A model generated the notes under the pieces. That model ran no database searches and was not told the origin of the DNA. It saw only the letters and a list, made by a program, of their open reading frames with translations. The position numbers and the translations under genes were made by a program. From an uncultured Gemmatimonadales bacterium (GTDB lineage: Bacteria; Gemmatimonadota; Gemmatimonadetes; Gemmatimonadales; GWC2-71-9), in the NCBI GenBank assembly GCA_963806875.1, contig CAWDYU010000001.1, forward strand, positions 928,402 through 992,401: 64,000 bases of DNA, given 5' to 3'. Within the stretch, counting starts at the first letter, position 1, and each line of letters opens with the position of its first letter. Shown piece by piece: positions 28,805 through 40,234 of this stretch.

Positions 28805-31076
28805 GTGGCTCGACCGTACCTTCCCCCGGCACCACCTACCGGAGCTACGACCATCAAGCTGCTGGCCACCGATCTCGACGGCACATTTCTCGGCGGGCGT
28901 CAGGCTGACCGCCTCACCCTCTACCGTCGACTCCGCGCACCCGGCGCGCCACGCCTCGTCTTCGTCACAGGCCGTGGGGTCGAGAGCGTACTTCCACTCC
29001 TCAGCGATCCCCTCATACCCCAGCCCGAGTTCATCATCGCCGATGTGGGCGCGACGATCGTCGCGGCCGACGGGTTGCGGCCCGTCGCACCCCTCCAGTG
29101 GGAGATCGACCGTGAGTGGGTCGGCGAAGCAGCGGTGCTCGCGGCCATCGGGTCGCTCCCCGGGATTACCCGGCAGGCGGTCCCCCAGGAACGTCGGGTG
29201 TCGTTCCTGGCGGAGGATCCCGGGGTGGTGGACGCAGTGCGCGACCGGGTCCGCGACCTGCCCGTCGATGTGCTCCTCTCCGCCGATGTGTACCTCGACA
29301 TCCTCCCCAGGGGAGTGAGCAAGGGAAGGGCGCTCGAGCGCCTGGTCGATCATCTCGGCATCCCCCGCGAGCACGTGCTCGTCGCTGGTGACACCCTCAA
29401 CGATCTTTCCCTTTACGAGCACGATTTTCCGGGAGTCGTGGTTGGACACTCCGAGCGTGCACTCGTCGACGCCACGACCGGGATGGCACGGGTGCACCAT
29501 GCGCAGGCGGCCGGTGCCGGGGGGATTCTCGAGGCGTTGCGGACACTCGAGCCCGATGGCTTCTTCGCGGGCGACAACCAGCCCGCGGTGTCGGGCGATG
29601 CACAACTGGTGGTCGTGTACCATCGCCTGCCGTATGAAGAACGTGTCGTGGATGGAGTCGTCGGCCGGCACGCGCATACCTCCCCCAATGGCATCATTCC
29701 GACTTTGCTGGGCTGCTTCGCGGGCGGGCGCCACGGATCGTGGGTCGCTTGGACGACCCACGGCGGTGACGCTGGTGGGCCCACGACCCACGCGCTGGTC
29801 GACGAGGATCGATACCCCAACCTCGTGGCCGCCCGAGTCCCGCTTGCAGCCGGCGACGTGGAGCGGTTCTACAAGAAGTTTTCGAAGGAAGCGTTCTGGC
29901 CGGTGATCTTCTCGTTCGTTGATCGCGCGCAGTTCTCCGCCGACGACTGGGAACACTTCTGCACGATCAACCGCCTGTTCGCCGAGGCAGCAGCCGCCGA
30001 GGCGGATGACGGCGCACTCGTCTGGATCCACGACTACAATCTCTGGATGGTGCCGGGATATCTCCGGCAGCTCCGACCCGGACCTCAAGATCGGTTTCTT
30101 CCATCATACCGCGTTCCCGCCGGCCGATGTCTTCAACGTGATCCCGTGGTCCGACCAGATCATCGGATCGCTCGCACAGTGTGATCATATCGGGTTCCAC
30201 ATCCCTAGGTATGCGGCAAACTTCCTCGACGTGTTGCGATCGCACGCCCCGACGGAAGTGCTCGAGGCGGTGGCATGTGCACCGCGGTTCAGGATCCACG
30301 GGATGGCATTGTCCATCCCCCGCATGCCACGTGTGATCCGTTCGGGTGCCCGGACGATCGGCCTCGGCGCCCACCCGGTGGGTGTGAATGCCGCTGCGGT
30401 CCGTGACATTCTCGCCGACACCGCGCACCGCTCGGCCGTCGCCGATGTGGCAGAGCAGTTTCGCGGCGTGCGCCTCGTCCTGTCGGTGGAACGACTCGAC
30501 TATGTGAAGGGTCCGCTCCAGAAACTCGAGGCATTCGAACGCCTCCTCGAGAGGCATCCGGAGCAGCGGGATCGGGTCACCCTGGTCTTCGTCACCACCC
30601 CACCTGCGCCCGGCATGGAGGTGTACGACGAGGTCCGGACTGCAGTGGACGAGGCGGTTGGACGGATCAATGGGCGGTTCGGGTCGCTGAGCTGGACGCC
30701 CGTTCACTACCTGTTCCGCGCGCTGCCGTTCGAGGAAGTGATCGTGTATGGAGCCGCGGCTGATGTGGCGTGGATCACGCCGCTGCGGGACGGCCTCAAC
30801 CTCGTGGCGAAGGAGTTCGTGACGGCGCAGGCCGCAGTGGACGGTGCCGGCGTGCTCATCCTCAGCGAGTTTGCCGGCGCCGCGGTCGAGTTGCATGGTG
30901 CCACCCTCACGAATCCGTACGACATCGAGGGGATGAGCAACGACCTTCTCCATGCGCTCCAGATGCCCGAAACCGAGAGGCGGCAGCGGATGCGGCGCCT
31001 CGCCGCCATCGTCGCAGGTTACGATGTCGACGCATGGAGCCAGGATTTCCTGGAGGCGCTCACGAACTCCGGGTGA
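28805..31076 (+). pseudogene. bifunctional HAD-IIB sugar-phosphate phosphatase / GT20 sugar-phosphate synthase fusion (GgpPS- or OtsBA-like), one frame break as written
   Basis: N-terminal HAD: 'LLATDLDGTFL', 'VFVTGRG', 'LPRGVSKGRAL', 'VAGDTLNDLSL'. GT20: 'LVVVYHRLPYE...SPNGIIPTL...FSKEAFWPVIFS...VWIHDYNLWMVPGYLRQL' in frame 2. 'KIGFFHHTAFPPADVF...HIGFHIPRYAANF...LSVERLDYVKGP...PLRDGLNLVAKEF...LSEFAGAA' in frame 0. Junction near 30075. Confidence 0.8.
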
Positions 31077-31221
31077 GTCCATCCGGCGCTGGCAGGCATT
31101 CCTGCGGCGGTATCGGCATGTACCGGCGCTGGCATCGGTTTTCAGGTTCCCGGACTTCGGTCGGGATAGATTGCGTCGAGTCGTCGCTTGTGCCGTTCCA
31201 TTCCACATGGCCGGAGTCACG

Positions 31222-32521
31222 ATGGCAGGCCGCATTCGGTTCATGCTCAACCGCATCTCCGAACAGCTCTGGGTTCGACCACTGGCGATGGGCGTTGCTG
31301 TCGGTGGTGGCGGCGTTCCTTTCCCACGCGGTCGACGGCACCGGCCTGGGCGAGCACGTGCCGACCATCACCCCTGAATCGATCGAGTCGCTGCTGTCCA
31401 TCATGTCGTCGAGCATGCTGGTGATCGCGACGTTTGCGGTCGCGTCGATGGTTGCCGCGTATGCTTCGGCGAGCAGCACCGCCACACCCCGCGCATTCAC
31501 GATCGTCGTGGCCGACGACGTCTCCCAGAACGCGCTGTCGACGTTCATCGGGGCGTTCATCTTCAGCATCGTGGCCCGGATGGCCCTCCAGAACGAGTAC
31601 TTCGGCCCTGCCGGACGCTTCGTCCTGTTTGCGCTCACGCTCGCGAGCGTTCGCGGTGGTCATCATCACGTTCGTCCGGTGGGTCGACCGCATCGCGCGC
31701 CTCGGCCGGGTCGGGGCCACCATCGCCAGCGTGGAGGAAGCGACCCACCGATCGATCGCACGCCGCCGGAAGGAGCCCACCCTGGGTGGCGTGCCGATCG
31801 ACGAGAGCACCGGTGGCGACCCCATCCCCGGTAATGCCATCGGATTCGTCCAGCACTGACCTCGATGTGCTCGACCGTCGTGGCGACCGACCTCGACGCG
31901 GTTGGTGGTGGTCGCCGCGCTGCCCTGGGTGACTTCGTGATACCGGGCCGCCCGGTGGCGCACCTGTTCCGCACGGAACCGGTCAACGGACCGCGACGGC
32001 GTGGCGTCACGGATCGCGGACGCGTTCGTGATCGGACGCGAACGACATTTCGATGACGACCCGCGATTCGGGCTCGTGGTGCTGTCGGAGACGGCGAGCC
32101 GCGCGCTTTCGCCGGCCGTCAATGATCCCGGGACGGCGGTGCAGGTGGTGGGCGCGCTCGGTTCGCCTCCTCGCTGCATGGTCGGCGCCCGTTGACGAAC
32201 CGGAGCGCGTCCGCCACAGCCGTGTGCACGTTCCCCGGCTGGCCACCGCCGATATGGTGCACGACGGTTTCGGCGCGATCGCACGCGACGGAGCGGGACT
32301 CGTGGAAGTGGCGGTGGCGGTCCAGCAGGCCCTGGCCTCGCTCGCGACGCTCAGGGTGGGGGAACTCACCGAGGCGGCGCTCGCAGGAATCGGGGTTGGC
32401 GCTCGAGCGTGCCGAGCTCGCGCTCGACCTGCCGGCAGACATCGCCGCAGTGCGCACTCGCGTGCATCGATGCGCCCGCAGGATGACCCCATCGGTCGCA
32501 CCGCTGGTGCGACGCCAGTAG
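31222..32521 (+). pseudogene. DUF2254-type membrane protein, about 7 successive +1 frame breaks as written
   Basis: 'MAGRIRFMLNRISEQLWVRPL', 'SIMSSSMLVIATFAVASMVAAYASASSTATPRAF...ALSTFIGAFIFSIV', 'VVIITFVRWVDRIARLGRV', 'GDFVIPGRPVAHLF', 'DDDPRFGLVVLSETASRALSPAVNDPGTAVQVVGAL' and 'VHDGFGAIARDGAGLVEV' each sit one frame further on. Junctions near 31285, 31650, 31858, 31885, 32000, 32160 and 32390. Confidence 0.65.
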
Positions 32522-32652
32522 GCGGCCTCGCCCGGCGCCGGGCACGACCCGGATGGGGCCACGCGGGCGAGTGCTCGGGGTGAACTCGTCGCGCCGTGTA
32601 CGTATACTTCGGGATCGGCTCCACCCGGTACGACCACCCATTGGAGGATCGC

Positions 32653-33165
32653 ATGGCAATCAGGAAGTCGACCAAGACCGCAGCAGTCGCACGGCAAGCA
32701 AGGCCGTGTCGTCAACCGCAAAGACCGGCGCCTCGATGCGGTGCCGCGGCGATGAAGATGGCGGGACAGGTAGCCGACACGGTGAGCGGGCGCACGGCCC
32801 GTCGTGCCCGGACGACGAAGGTCGCGGTCGCCGTTGCCGGCGTCGCGGCTGCGGTGGCGGCAGGCGTCGCGGCGCGCAACGCCAAGAAGTCGGGAAAGGC
32901 TGCGAAGACCGTCAAGGCTGCGAAGAACGCGGTCAAGAAGTCGGTGAAGTCGGAAGTCGGGAGCACGCGGCGGATCGCGAAGGCATCCACGGCCGTCACG
33001 GAAGTGCACCACCAAGCGCGCCAAGGTCGCTCGAAGAGCACCGCGAAGCGCGACCAAGAGCACTGCGAAGCGGAGCCGCTGATCGTTCGCGGTGCCACCG
33101 CTGGCACGCCATCCGTGCCAGCGGACCCGGCTCCCCCCCGACCTCACCCGCCGTCGGCAGGCTAG
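32653..33165 (+). CDS. Lys/Ala-rich basic protein (histone-H1-like composition); reading frame and 3' end uncertain
   Basis: ATG 32653 'MAIRKSTKTAAV...AARNAKKSGKAAKTVKAAKNAVKKSVKSE'. An alternative frame ends in 'TTKRAKVARRAPRSATKSTAKRSR*' at 33080-33082, so indels may be present here too. Confidence 0.35.
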   Translation: MAIRKSTKTAAVARQARPCRQPQRPAPRCGAAAMKMAGQVADTVSGRTARRARTTKVAVAVAGVAAAVAAGVAARNAKKSGKAAKTVKAAKNAVKKSVKSEVGSTRRIAKASTAVTEVHHQARQGRSKSTAKRDQEHCEAEPLIVRGATAGTPSVPADPAPPRPHPPSAG

Positions 33166-33171
33166 TCGTTC

Positions 33172-34412
<1,241 letters not shown>

Positions 34413-34521
34413 TCCGTCCCGGGGCGACCGTGGGGAGCTCCGCCGCAGGCCTGGGCGTGCTCGCTACTTAACGCATGCCCGTGTCGTGCGTCATCAGGGC
34501 AACCTCCGCCGCGAGCCGTTC

Positions 34522-35447
34522 ATGCTCATCCTCCGGATCTGCCTTCTCTCCGTCGTCCTGTCGGCGGCCGGCGCCAGCTGCTCGGGCGACGCCTCGCCCA
34601 CCGTTCCGCGCGTCGCCACGGATGTCACGACGCCCGTATCCCGATCGCGCACGCCGGTGTCGGGCCCGTCACGTACAAGGGGTCTGCCGCTGTCGCTCAC
34701 GGCGTCCGGCCGAACCCGCGGTGACGCCGGTGTCCGGAACCATCGGCGTCGTATGCATCGGGATGAGCAACGGCAACCAGGAATGCGCCGAACTCATCCA
34801 GCAAGCTCGCGGGGGCGTGGCGCGGTGAGGTCAGCCCTCGGTGCGGGTGGTCAATTGCGCGGTCGGCGGGCACGCCATCGAACGATGGATCGATCCGGCC
34901 TTCGACGACGTGCTCTGGGATGACTGCGTCACGCGCGGAAGCTGCCGGCGGCCGGCGTGCAGCCCGGCCAGGTGCGGGTGATCTATCACAAGGCCGCCAA
35001 TCAGTTCGGCCTCGAGCCCGGGCGGAGGTGCCTTGCCGCTCTATCCGGCGCCGGGCAGCAACTACGAGCGCGTTCCGCGCGAATCTCGGGACGTTCGCCG
35101 CCCGGGTGAGGGGAAAATTCCCGGCGGTGCAGGCGGTGTACACGAGCTCGCGCAGCTACGGGGGGTTCACCAGTCGCACCGATCGGGGCGAACCCCAGAG
35201 CTACGAGGAGGGGCATGCCCTCAACGCGCTGGCTCGCGGCGAATTCGTCGGTGGACGGAATCTGGTTCGGGTGGGGGGCATACCTGTGGGCGCCCGCGTG
35301 CGCGACGGGCATCCGCAACGCCGCAACGTCTGCTACGATCGCGAGGACTATCAGGCCGACGGGGTGCACCCCGCGGAGGCGGGGCGGCTCAAGATCGCAC
35401 GGATGATGCACGACCGGCTGCGATCGCACGCGTGGTACCGGCCGTGA
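34522..35447 (+). pseudogene. lipoprotein, SGNH/GDSL-like hydrolase, many frame breaks as written
   Basis: Lipobox 'LSVVLSAAGASC'. Then in different frames: 'IGVVCIGMSNGNQE' (block I-like), 'VVNCAVGGHAIERW', 'VRVIYHKAANQ', 'AVQAVYTSSRSYGGF', 'EDYQADGVHPAEAG' (DxxH block V-like). The reconstruction is tentative. Confidence 0.4.
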
Positions 35448-35460
35448 CTAGTTTCCGGGT

Positions 35461-36822
35461 ATGGAAGCCCCAGGAACCGCACCGACTCCACCGGACGTCC
35501 TCCGTGCCGTGATTGTCGGCGCCGGCTCGCGGGGCAACAAGGTCTTCGCCGAGCTCATGGCAACCCACGACACCGGCATGGCTGTGGCCGGCGTCGTCGA
35601 ACCGGATCCCGGACGGCGGCTGGCGTTCCAGCATCGCTATCAGGTGCCGGACCAGCACACCTTCGCGAGCGTCACCGCGTTCCTCGATGCGCCCCGGTTT
35701 GCCGACGTCGTGTTCATCTGCACGCCCGACCGCACTCACTTTTCCATCTGTCGCGACATCGCCCGCCATCGCTATCGAATCGTGCTGGAGAAGCCGGCGG
35801 CGACGACGCTCGCGGAGTGTCTCGAACTCCTCGCGCTCCAACGGGAAGTCGGCACGGACATCTTCATTGCCCACGGCCTGCGTTACGCCCCGTTCTTCCA
35901 GCGGGTCAAGGCGATCATTGCGTCGGGTGACCTCGGAGCATTGCGACACGTTCACCTCACCGAGAACATCGGGCACTGGCACTTTGCCCACAGTTATGTG
36001 CGCGGTGAGTGGCGACGCGCCGATGAATCGGCGCCGATCGTCCTCACCAAGACCTCCCACGACCTCGATGTGCTGCAGTGGCTCGTTGACCAGCGTGTTG
36101 TCGCGGTCACGTCCCACGGATCGCTCGGTTATTTCCGTCCCGAGAACGCGCCGCCGGGCGCGACGTCTCGTTGTGTCGACTGTCCCTTGCAGGACACCTG
36201 CATCTACAGCGCGACTCGCTTCTACCTCGATGCCCCTCCCGAGTGGCCCTACGACGTTGTGCTTGGCGGGTTACCGGACACCCGGGAAGCCAGGCTCCAT
36301 GCGATCACGACCGGGCCGTATGGACGCTGTGTCTGGCTCAGCGACAATGATGTCTGTGACAGCCAGCTGGTGCTGCTCGAGTACGAATCAGGCATCTTCG
36401 CGAGTTTCGAGATGCACGCCCACACGGCGCACAACACCCGAAAGGTGCGGGTGCTGTTCGAGGGCGGCGAGTTGACGGGTGACCTGCGCGAGGGCGTCAT
36501 CACGATATCGCGATTCACCGGCGCCAAGGACCGCGACGATATCGAACGCGTCGTCATCCCGGTCTCCGACGATCCGCACGGCGGCGGCGACCTCAACCTC
36601 CTGCTCGCCCTCGGGGAGCACATCCGTTTGGGCAAGCACGCCGACATGATCACGTCGCTGGAGCACTCGCTCGCGAGCCATGTCCTGGCCTTTCTTGCCG
36701 AGGAGTCGCGGACGGGCGATAATGCCAAGATTGCGGTGTCAGCGACGCTGATCCCGCCAAAGCTGCGGGCGGGTGTGGCCGACGGCGCGGCCGTGCCCGA
36801 GCCACTGCCCACCGCCGACTGA
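35461..36822 (+). CDS. Gfo/Idh/MocA family oxidoreductase
   Basis: Rossmann N-terminus 'LRAVIVGAGSRGNKVFAEL' and 'VVFICTPDRTHFSICRDIARHRYRIVLEKP'. Intact 453-aa ORF. Confidence 0.85.
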   Translation: MEAPGTAPTPPDVLRAVIVGAGSRGNKVFAELMATHDTGMAVAGVVEPDPGRRLAFQHRYQVPDQHTFASVTAFLDAPRFADVVFICTPDRTHFSICRDIARHRYRIVLEKPAATTLAECLELLALQREVGTDIFIAHGLRYAPFFQRVKAIIASGDLGALRHVHLTENIGHWHFAHSYVRGEWRRADESAPIVLTKTSHDLDVLQWLVDQRVVAVTSHGSLGYFRPENAPPGATSRCVDCPLQDTCIYSATRFYLDAPPEWPYDVVLGGLPDTREARLHAITTGPYGRCVWLSDNDVCDSQLVLLEYESGIFASFEMHAHTAHNTRKVRVLFEGGELTGDLREGVITISRFTGAKDRDDIERVVIPVSDDPHGGGDLNLLLALGEHIRLGKHADMITSLEHSLASHVLAFLAEESRTGDNAKIAVSATLIPPKLRAGVADGAAVPEPLPTAD

Positions 36823-36837
36823 ATCCCGGGGTAACAA

Positions 36838-37497
36838 ATGCTGCCTTGCCGTTGTGGGGTTGCTGCAGTGATGGTCGCGACGTTGTGCGGCGGTGCGCCG
36901 CTCGCCGCGCAAACTTCATTGTCGATCATGCTCGGGGCGGGGACGACGTCCTGGAGCGGTCCCCATCTGACCGGCGGGAAGTTCGGCACTTCGCTGCTCG
37001 CGCTCTCGGCGGAACGCGATATCGCGCCGGGCTGGACGGCCCGCGGCGAACTTGCGGGTCAACGCAATGCCGGTGACATGGCAAACAGCGGCCTCTTCGA
37101 GCAACCGACCTCCGTGGTGTACTATCGTGCAAGTGTTGCCGCCGTCGCCCGCCGCCAACTTGGCCACGGGCCCTTCTTCGTCGAAGGCGGAGTATCGCTG
37201 TGGATCAAGGCTGGCTGCGACGTAGACCTGGCGGACGGGCCCGGATTCTTCGGTGGAGAAACAGTCGGCTGCTCTGAATGGCGGTCCGATGCGGACCAGG
37301 GCTCACCCGCTCCGACGCTGCGGCCAAAGTCGACCGGTGCCAACCTGCTCGTCGGTGTGGGGCTCGGCGGCAGACGATATGGTGCACTGGTGCGGTTCGA
37401 ACCCGTGGGCGCATCGCTGATCGACACCGATGATGGTACGATCAGCGGGCGAGCACTTTCCCTCATTCTTGAGTGGAGGCCCAGCGCCCGCCGTTAG
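36838..37497 (+). CDS. putative outer-membrane beta-barrel protein (hypothetical)
   Basis: Signal-like 'VAAVMVATLCGGAPLAAQ', alternating-hydrophobicity strands and a C-terminal aromatic 'ILEW'. Confidence 0.45.
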   Translation: MLPCRCGVAAVMVATLCGGAPLAAQTSLSIMLGAGTTSWSGPHLTGGKFGTSLLALSAERDIAPGWTARGELAGQRNAGDMANSGLFEQPTSVVYYRASVAAVARRQLGHGPFFVEGGVSLWIKAGCDVDLADGPGFFGGETVGCSEWRSDADQGSPAPTLRPKSTGANLLVGVGLGGRRYGALVRFEPVGASLIDTDDGTISGRALSLILEWRPSARR

Positions 37498-37509
37498 CGC
37501 GTTGGCGTA

Positions 37510-38565
37510 TCAGGCCGCTACGAGTTTTTCCCTGCGCGCCGTAAGCAGGGCGGAGTCCCGAACGGCACCGATCCGGTTGAACAGACCAAGGGCGCGATCG
37601 ATCAGCGCGAGCGCTTCCGTGGTGCGATCCGACTCGGCGTAGAGCAGGGCAAGATCCCGACAGCACTCCGCCTCGGCGAGCGCGGAACCGGCACTCGTCG
37701 CCATCTCGACGGCAGATTGCAGGCGCGATTCGGCAAGGGTCGGGCGGTGGAGGAACCGGTACGCCACACCGAGCATCCTGAAGGCGTCAGCGTGGTCCAC
37801 TCGCGCGCCCAGGCGTTCGAAGATCGTCGCGGCGGCTTCTGCCTGCCGGCGCACCTCGTCGAACCGATCATTTGCGAGATCGACCTCGGCATGGTTCAAC
37901 AGGCACAGCCCTTCAAGGTGCCAGTTGCCAGCGCGGCGGGCCAATGCTGCAGCTTCCTGATACGAACCGTGGGCAGCCAGCCAGTCACGCTGGTCGGCGC
38001 GTATCTTCCCGATGTTGTGGTGCACCATTGCCCGGCCCGCCAGGTTACCCGATGCTTCATATGCCGCAAGCGCACGGCGATGGTGTGCGAGCGCCGCTGC
38101 CGTGTTCCCCTGGATGTTCTCCAGGATGCCAAGATTCTGCTCGATTCGTGCGTGCAGTGATGGGTCGTCCGGCGCAAGCGCAAGCGCCGCGCGATAGCGT
38201 TCACGAGCGGCAGTCATGTCGCCCTGCTCGGCCGACATGTTCGCCATGGCCATCGTGGCCTCCCCCGCCAGGCGATTGCTGCCGATCTCGATTGCCAGGT
38301 CGCGGCTGCGTGTGCAGTACGTCAATCCGGCCTGCGTTTCACCGTGGAGATGGTGCACGATACCGAGCCGTCGGAGCGCCTCCGCGCGGTGCAGCGCGGC
38401 GTCAGCGTTGCCACCGGCGTCCACGGCCATTGCGAAGCAGTCGCCGGCCTCCCTGATACGGCCGGCGGCCTGATGGACGATCCCCTCCTGCACAAGGAGG
38501 TCGGGCGCAGCGGTCGCGGCGAGGTCATGAACTGGCGGCATGTCAGGGTCGGACCTTTCCGCCAT
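37510..38565 (-). CDS. tetratricopeptide-repeat protein (stand-alone paralogue of the sensor half of the upstream HD-GYP protein)
   Basis: TPR-like A/L/Y-rich repeats. It aligns by eye over about 330 aa with residues of the 549-aa protein, for example 'IEQNLGILENIQGN' vs 'IQQNLGILCNLEGD' and 'EGLCLLNHAEVDLA' vs 'QGLCLLNHAEVHLA'. Confidence 0.75.
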   Translation of the reverse strand: MAERSDPDMPPVHDLAATAAPDLLVQEGIVHQAAGRIREAGDCFAMAVDAGGNADAALHRAEALRRLGIVHHLHGETQAGLTYCTRSRDLAIEIGSNRLAGEATMAMANMSAEQGDMTAARERYRAALALAPDDPSLHARIEQNLGILENIQGNTAAALAHHRRALAAYEASGNLAGRAMVHHNIGKIRADQRDWLAAHGSYQEAAALARRAGNWHLEGLCLLNHAEVDLANDRFDEVRRQAEAAATIFERLGARVDHADAFRMLGVAYRFLHRPTLAESRLQSAVEMATSAGSALAEAECCRDLALLYAESDRTTEALALIDRALGLFNRIGAVRDSALLTARREKLVAA

Positions 38566-38580
38566 GCGTGGGCGCGATCG

Positions 38581-40230
38581 TCACGACAGGACTGGCTCGG
38601 GAAGAGGAGTGAGTTCAAAGGGCTTGTCACTCGTAATGCCGTCCACCGGTTCAAGGCGCTCCGCCGCACGCAGGAACGCCGCGTACACCTCGGGATGCCA
38701 GTGGTGCTGACTCTCCGACATGATCTGCATCGCCTTGGCGCGGGCGAGTGCCGGTCGGTAGCTGCGGGCCGAGGTCAGTGCGTCGAACACGTCGGCGACA
38801 CCGACGACCTGGGCGGTCAGCGGGATGGCGTCACCCCGGAGCTGGTCGGGATAGCCGGTTCCGTCGTATTTCTCGTGATGCCAGCGGATGATCGGCTTGA
38901 TGTCCCACGGAAACTCGATCTCCTCGAGCATCTCCACGCCCCAGACTGGGTGCATCTGGATGATCTCGAACTCCGCGTCGGACAGTTTCCCCGGCTTGTT
39001 CAGCACCTCGTGTGGCACCTTCACCTTGCCGACGTCGTGCAGGTACGCGCCGAGATGAATCGTGGTCTGCTGTGCCTCGTCCAGGCCCAGTTCACGGGCG
39101 ACCGCGACCGCGTAGGTCGCGACGCGTTCGCAGTGACCGTAGGTGTACGTGTCCGCCGATTCGATCGACTGGCCCCACGTGCGGAGCACCAGCATGTAGG
39201 TGCCTTCGAGCTGCTCACGCTTGCCCACGATGTCCACGGCGTCATTGCGCGCGTTCAGCCGCGAGAAGAGCTGGTGGGCTGCGTGGAGGAGGGTCAGCGC
39301 CTCGAGGTTGCGGTTCTGTTCCTGGCACAGCACGGCGAGCTCCCGGCTTGCCTCCGCTTCGCTCAGCACCGATCCGGTCTCACGCGCGAGCGTCAGTGCC
39401 GCCTGCAACCGGGATTCGGCGAGCACCGGGCGCCCCGTCTCGCGAAACACCACGCCGAGCATCCGGTAGGCATCCGCCTTGTCGAGTTCCGCTTCCAGCT
39501 GGTCGAACAGGAGGAGTGCGGTTTCGGCGTTCGCCTTGGCCTCACCGTACATGCCGCGGGCCAGGTGCACTTCGGCATGATTCAGCAGGCACAGGCCCTG
39601 GAGGTGCAGGTCTCCAACTCGTACCGCCAGCGCATGGCTACGCCCGAAATGATCGTCGGCGGCGTCCCACAGCTTCTGGTCGGCGTTGACCATGCCGAGG
39701 TTGTGGTGGGCGAGTGCGCACCCATTCTCGTCGCTCGCCATCTGGTAGGCACGAAGCGATTGCTCGTAGTGTTCGATCGCCTGGGCGCAGTCCCCTTCCA
39801 GGTTGCATAGAATCCCGAGATTCTGCTGGATCCGCGCCACCATCGCCGGGTCGCCACCGCCGGTGGCGAGCGCATCGGCAAAGAGCTGCCGGGCTTCGTC
39901 GATCGATCCGTTCTCGAACGCCATCCCCGCCCGCGCGTTCAGCGCCTGCGCGACCAGGGAGCTGTCGCCCAGTTCGACGGCGATACGGTGACTTGCCTGG
40001 CACAATGTGCGGGCAAGTTGCGGTTCGTTGCGCCGGTGGTGGAGCACGCTCAGGTGGCGGTATGCCTCGCACGCCACCGACAGGGCGCCGGTGCGCGTTC
40101 CGTTGCGAACGGCTGCGTCATAGCGACGGATCGCTTCCGAGACTTTTCCCGCGCGGTCGAGGTCGCGCGCCTCGCGGAGCAGTTCGCTCGCTGGCCGCGC
40201 GGCCTCGGCCGCCACCTGCCGGGAACTCAC
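38581..40230 (-). CDS. TPR-domain HD-GYP phosphohydrolase (putative c-di-GMP phosphodiesterase)
   Basis: C-terminal 'HCERVATYAVAVA...GAYLHDVGKVKVP...HPVWGVEML...IIRWHHEKYDGTGYPDQL...VADVFDALTSARSYR' (HD and GYP motifs). The N-terminal ~350 aa are TPR repeats. Confidence 0.85.
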   Translation of the reverse strand: MSSRQVAAEAARPASELLREARDLDRAGKVSEAIRRYDAAVRNGTRTGALSVACEAYRHLSVLHHRRNEPQLARTLCQASHRIAVELGDSSLVAQALNARAGMAFENGSIDEARQLFADALATGGGDPAMVARIQQNLGILCNLEGDCAQAIEHYEQSLRAYQMASDENGCALAHHNLGMVNADQKLWDAADDHFGRSHALAVRVGDLHLQGLCLLNHAEVHLARGMYGEAKANAETALLLFDQLEAELDKADAYRMLGVVFRETGRPVLAESRLQAALTLARETGSVLSEAEASRELAVLCQEQNRNLEALTLLHAAHQLFSRLNARNDAVDIVGKREQLEGTYMLVLRTWGQSIESADTYTYGHCERVATYAVAVARELGLDEAQQTTIHLGAYLHDVGKVKVPHEVLNKPGKLSDAEFEIIQMHPVWGVEMLEEIEFPWDIKPIIRWHHEKYDGTGYPDQLRGDAIPLTAQVVGVADVFDALTSARSYRPALARAKAMQIMSESQHHWHPEVYAAFLRAAERLEPVDGITSDKPFELTPLPEPVLS

Positions 40231-40234
40231 GTGA

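Noticed and set aside
37394-37404. GGTTCGAACCC, which resembles a tRNA T-arm.
   Set aside because: It lies inside the 36838..37497 coding frame. There is no flanking acceptor or anticodon stem and no cloverleaf.
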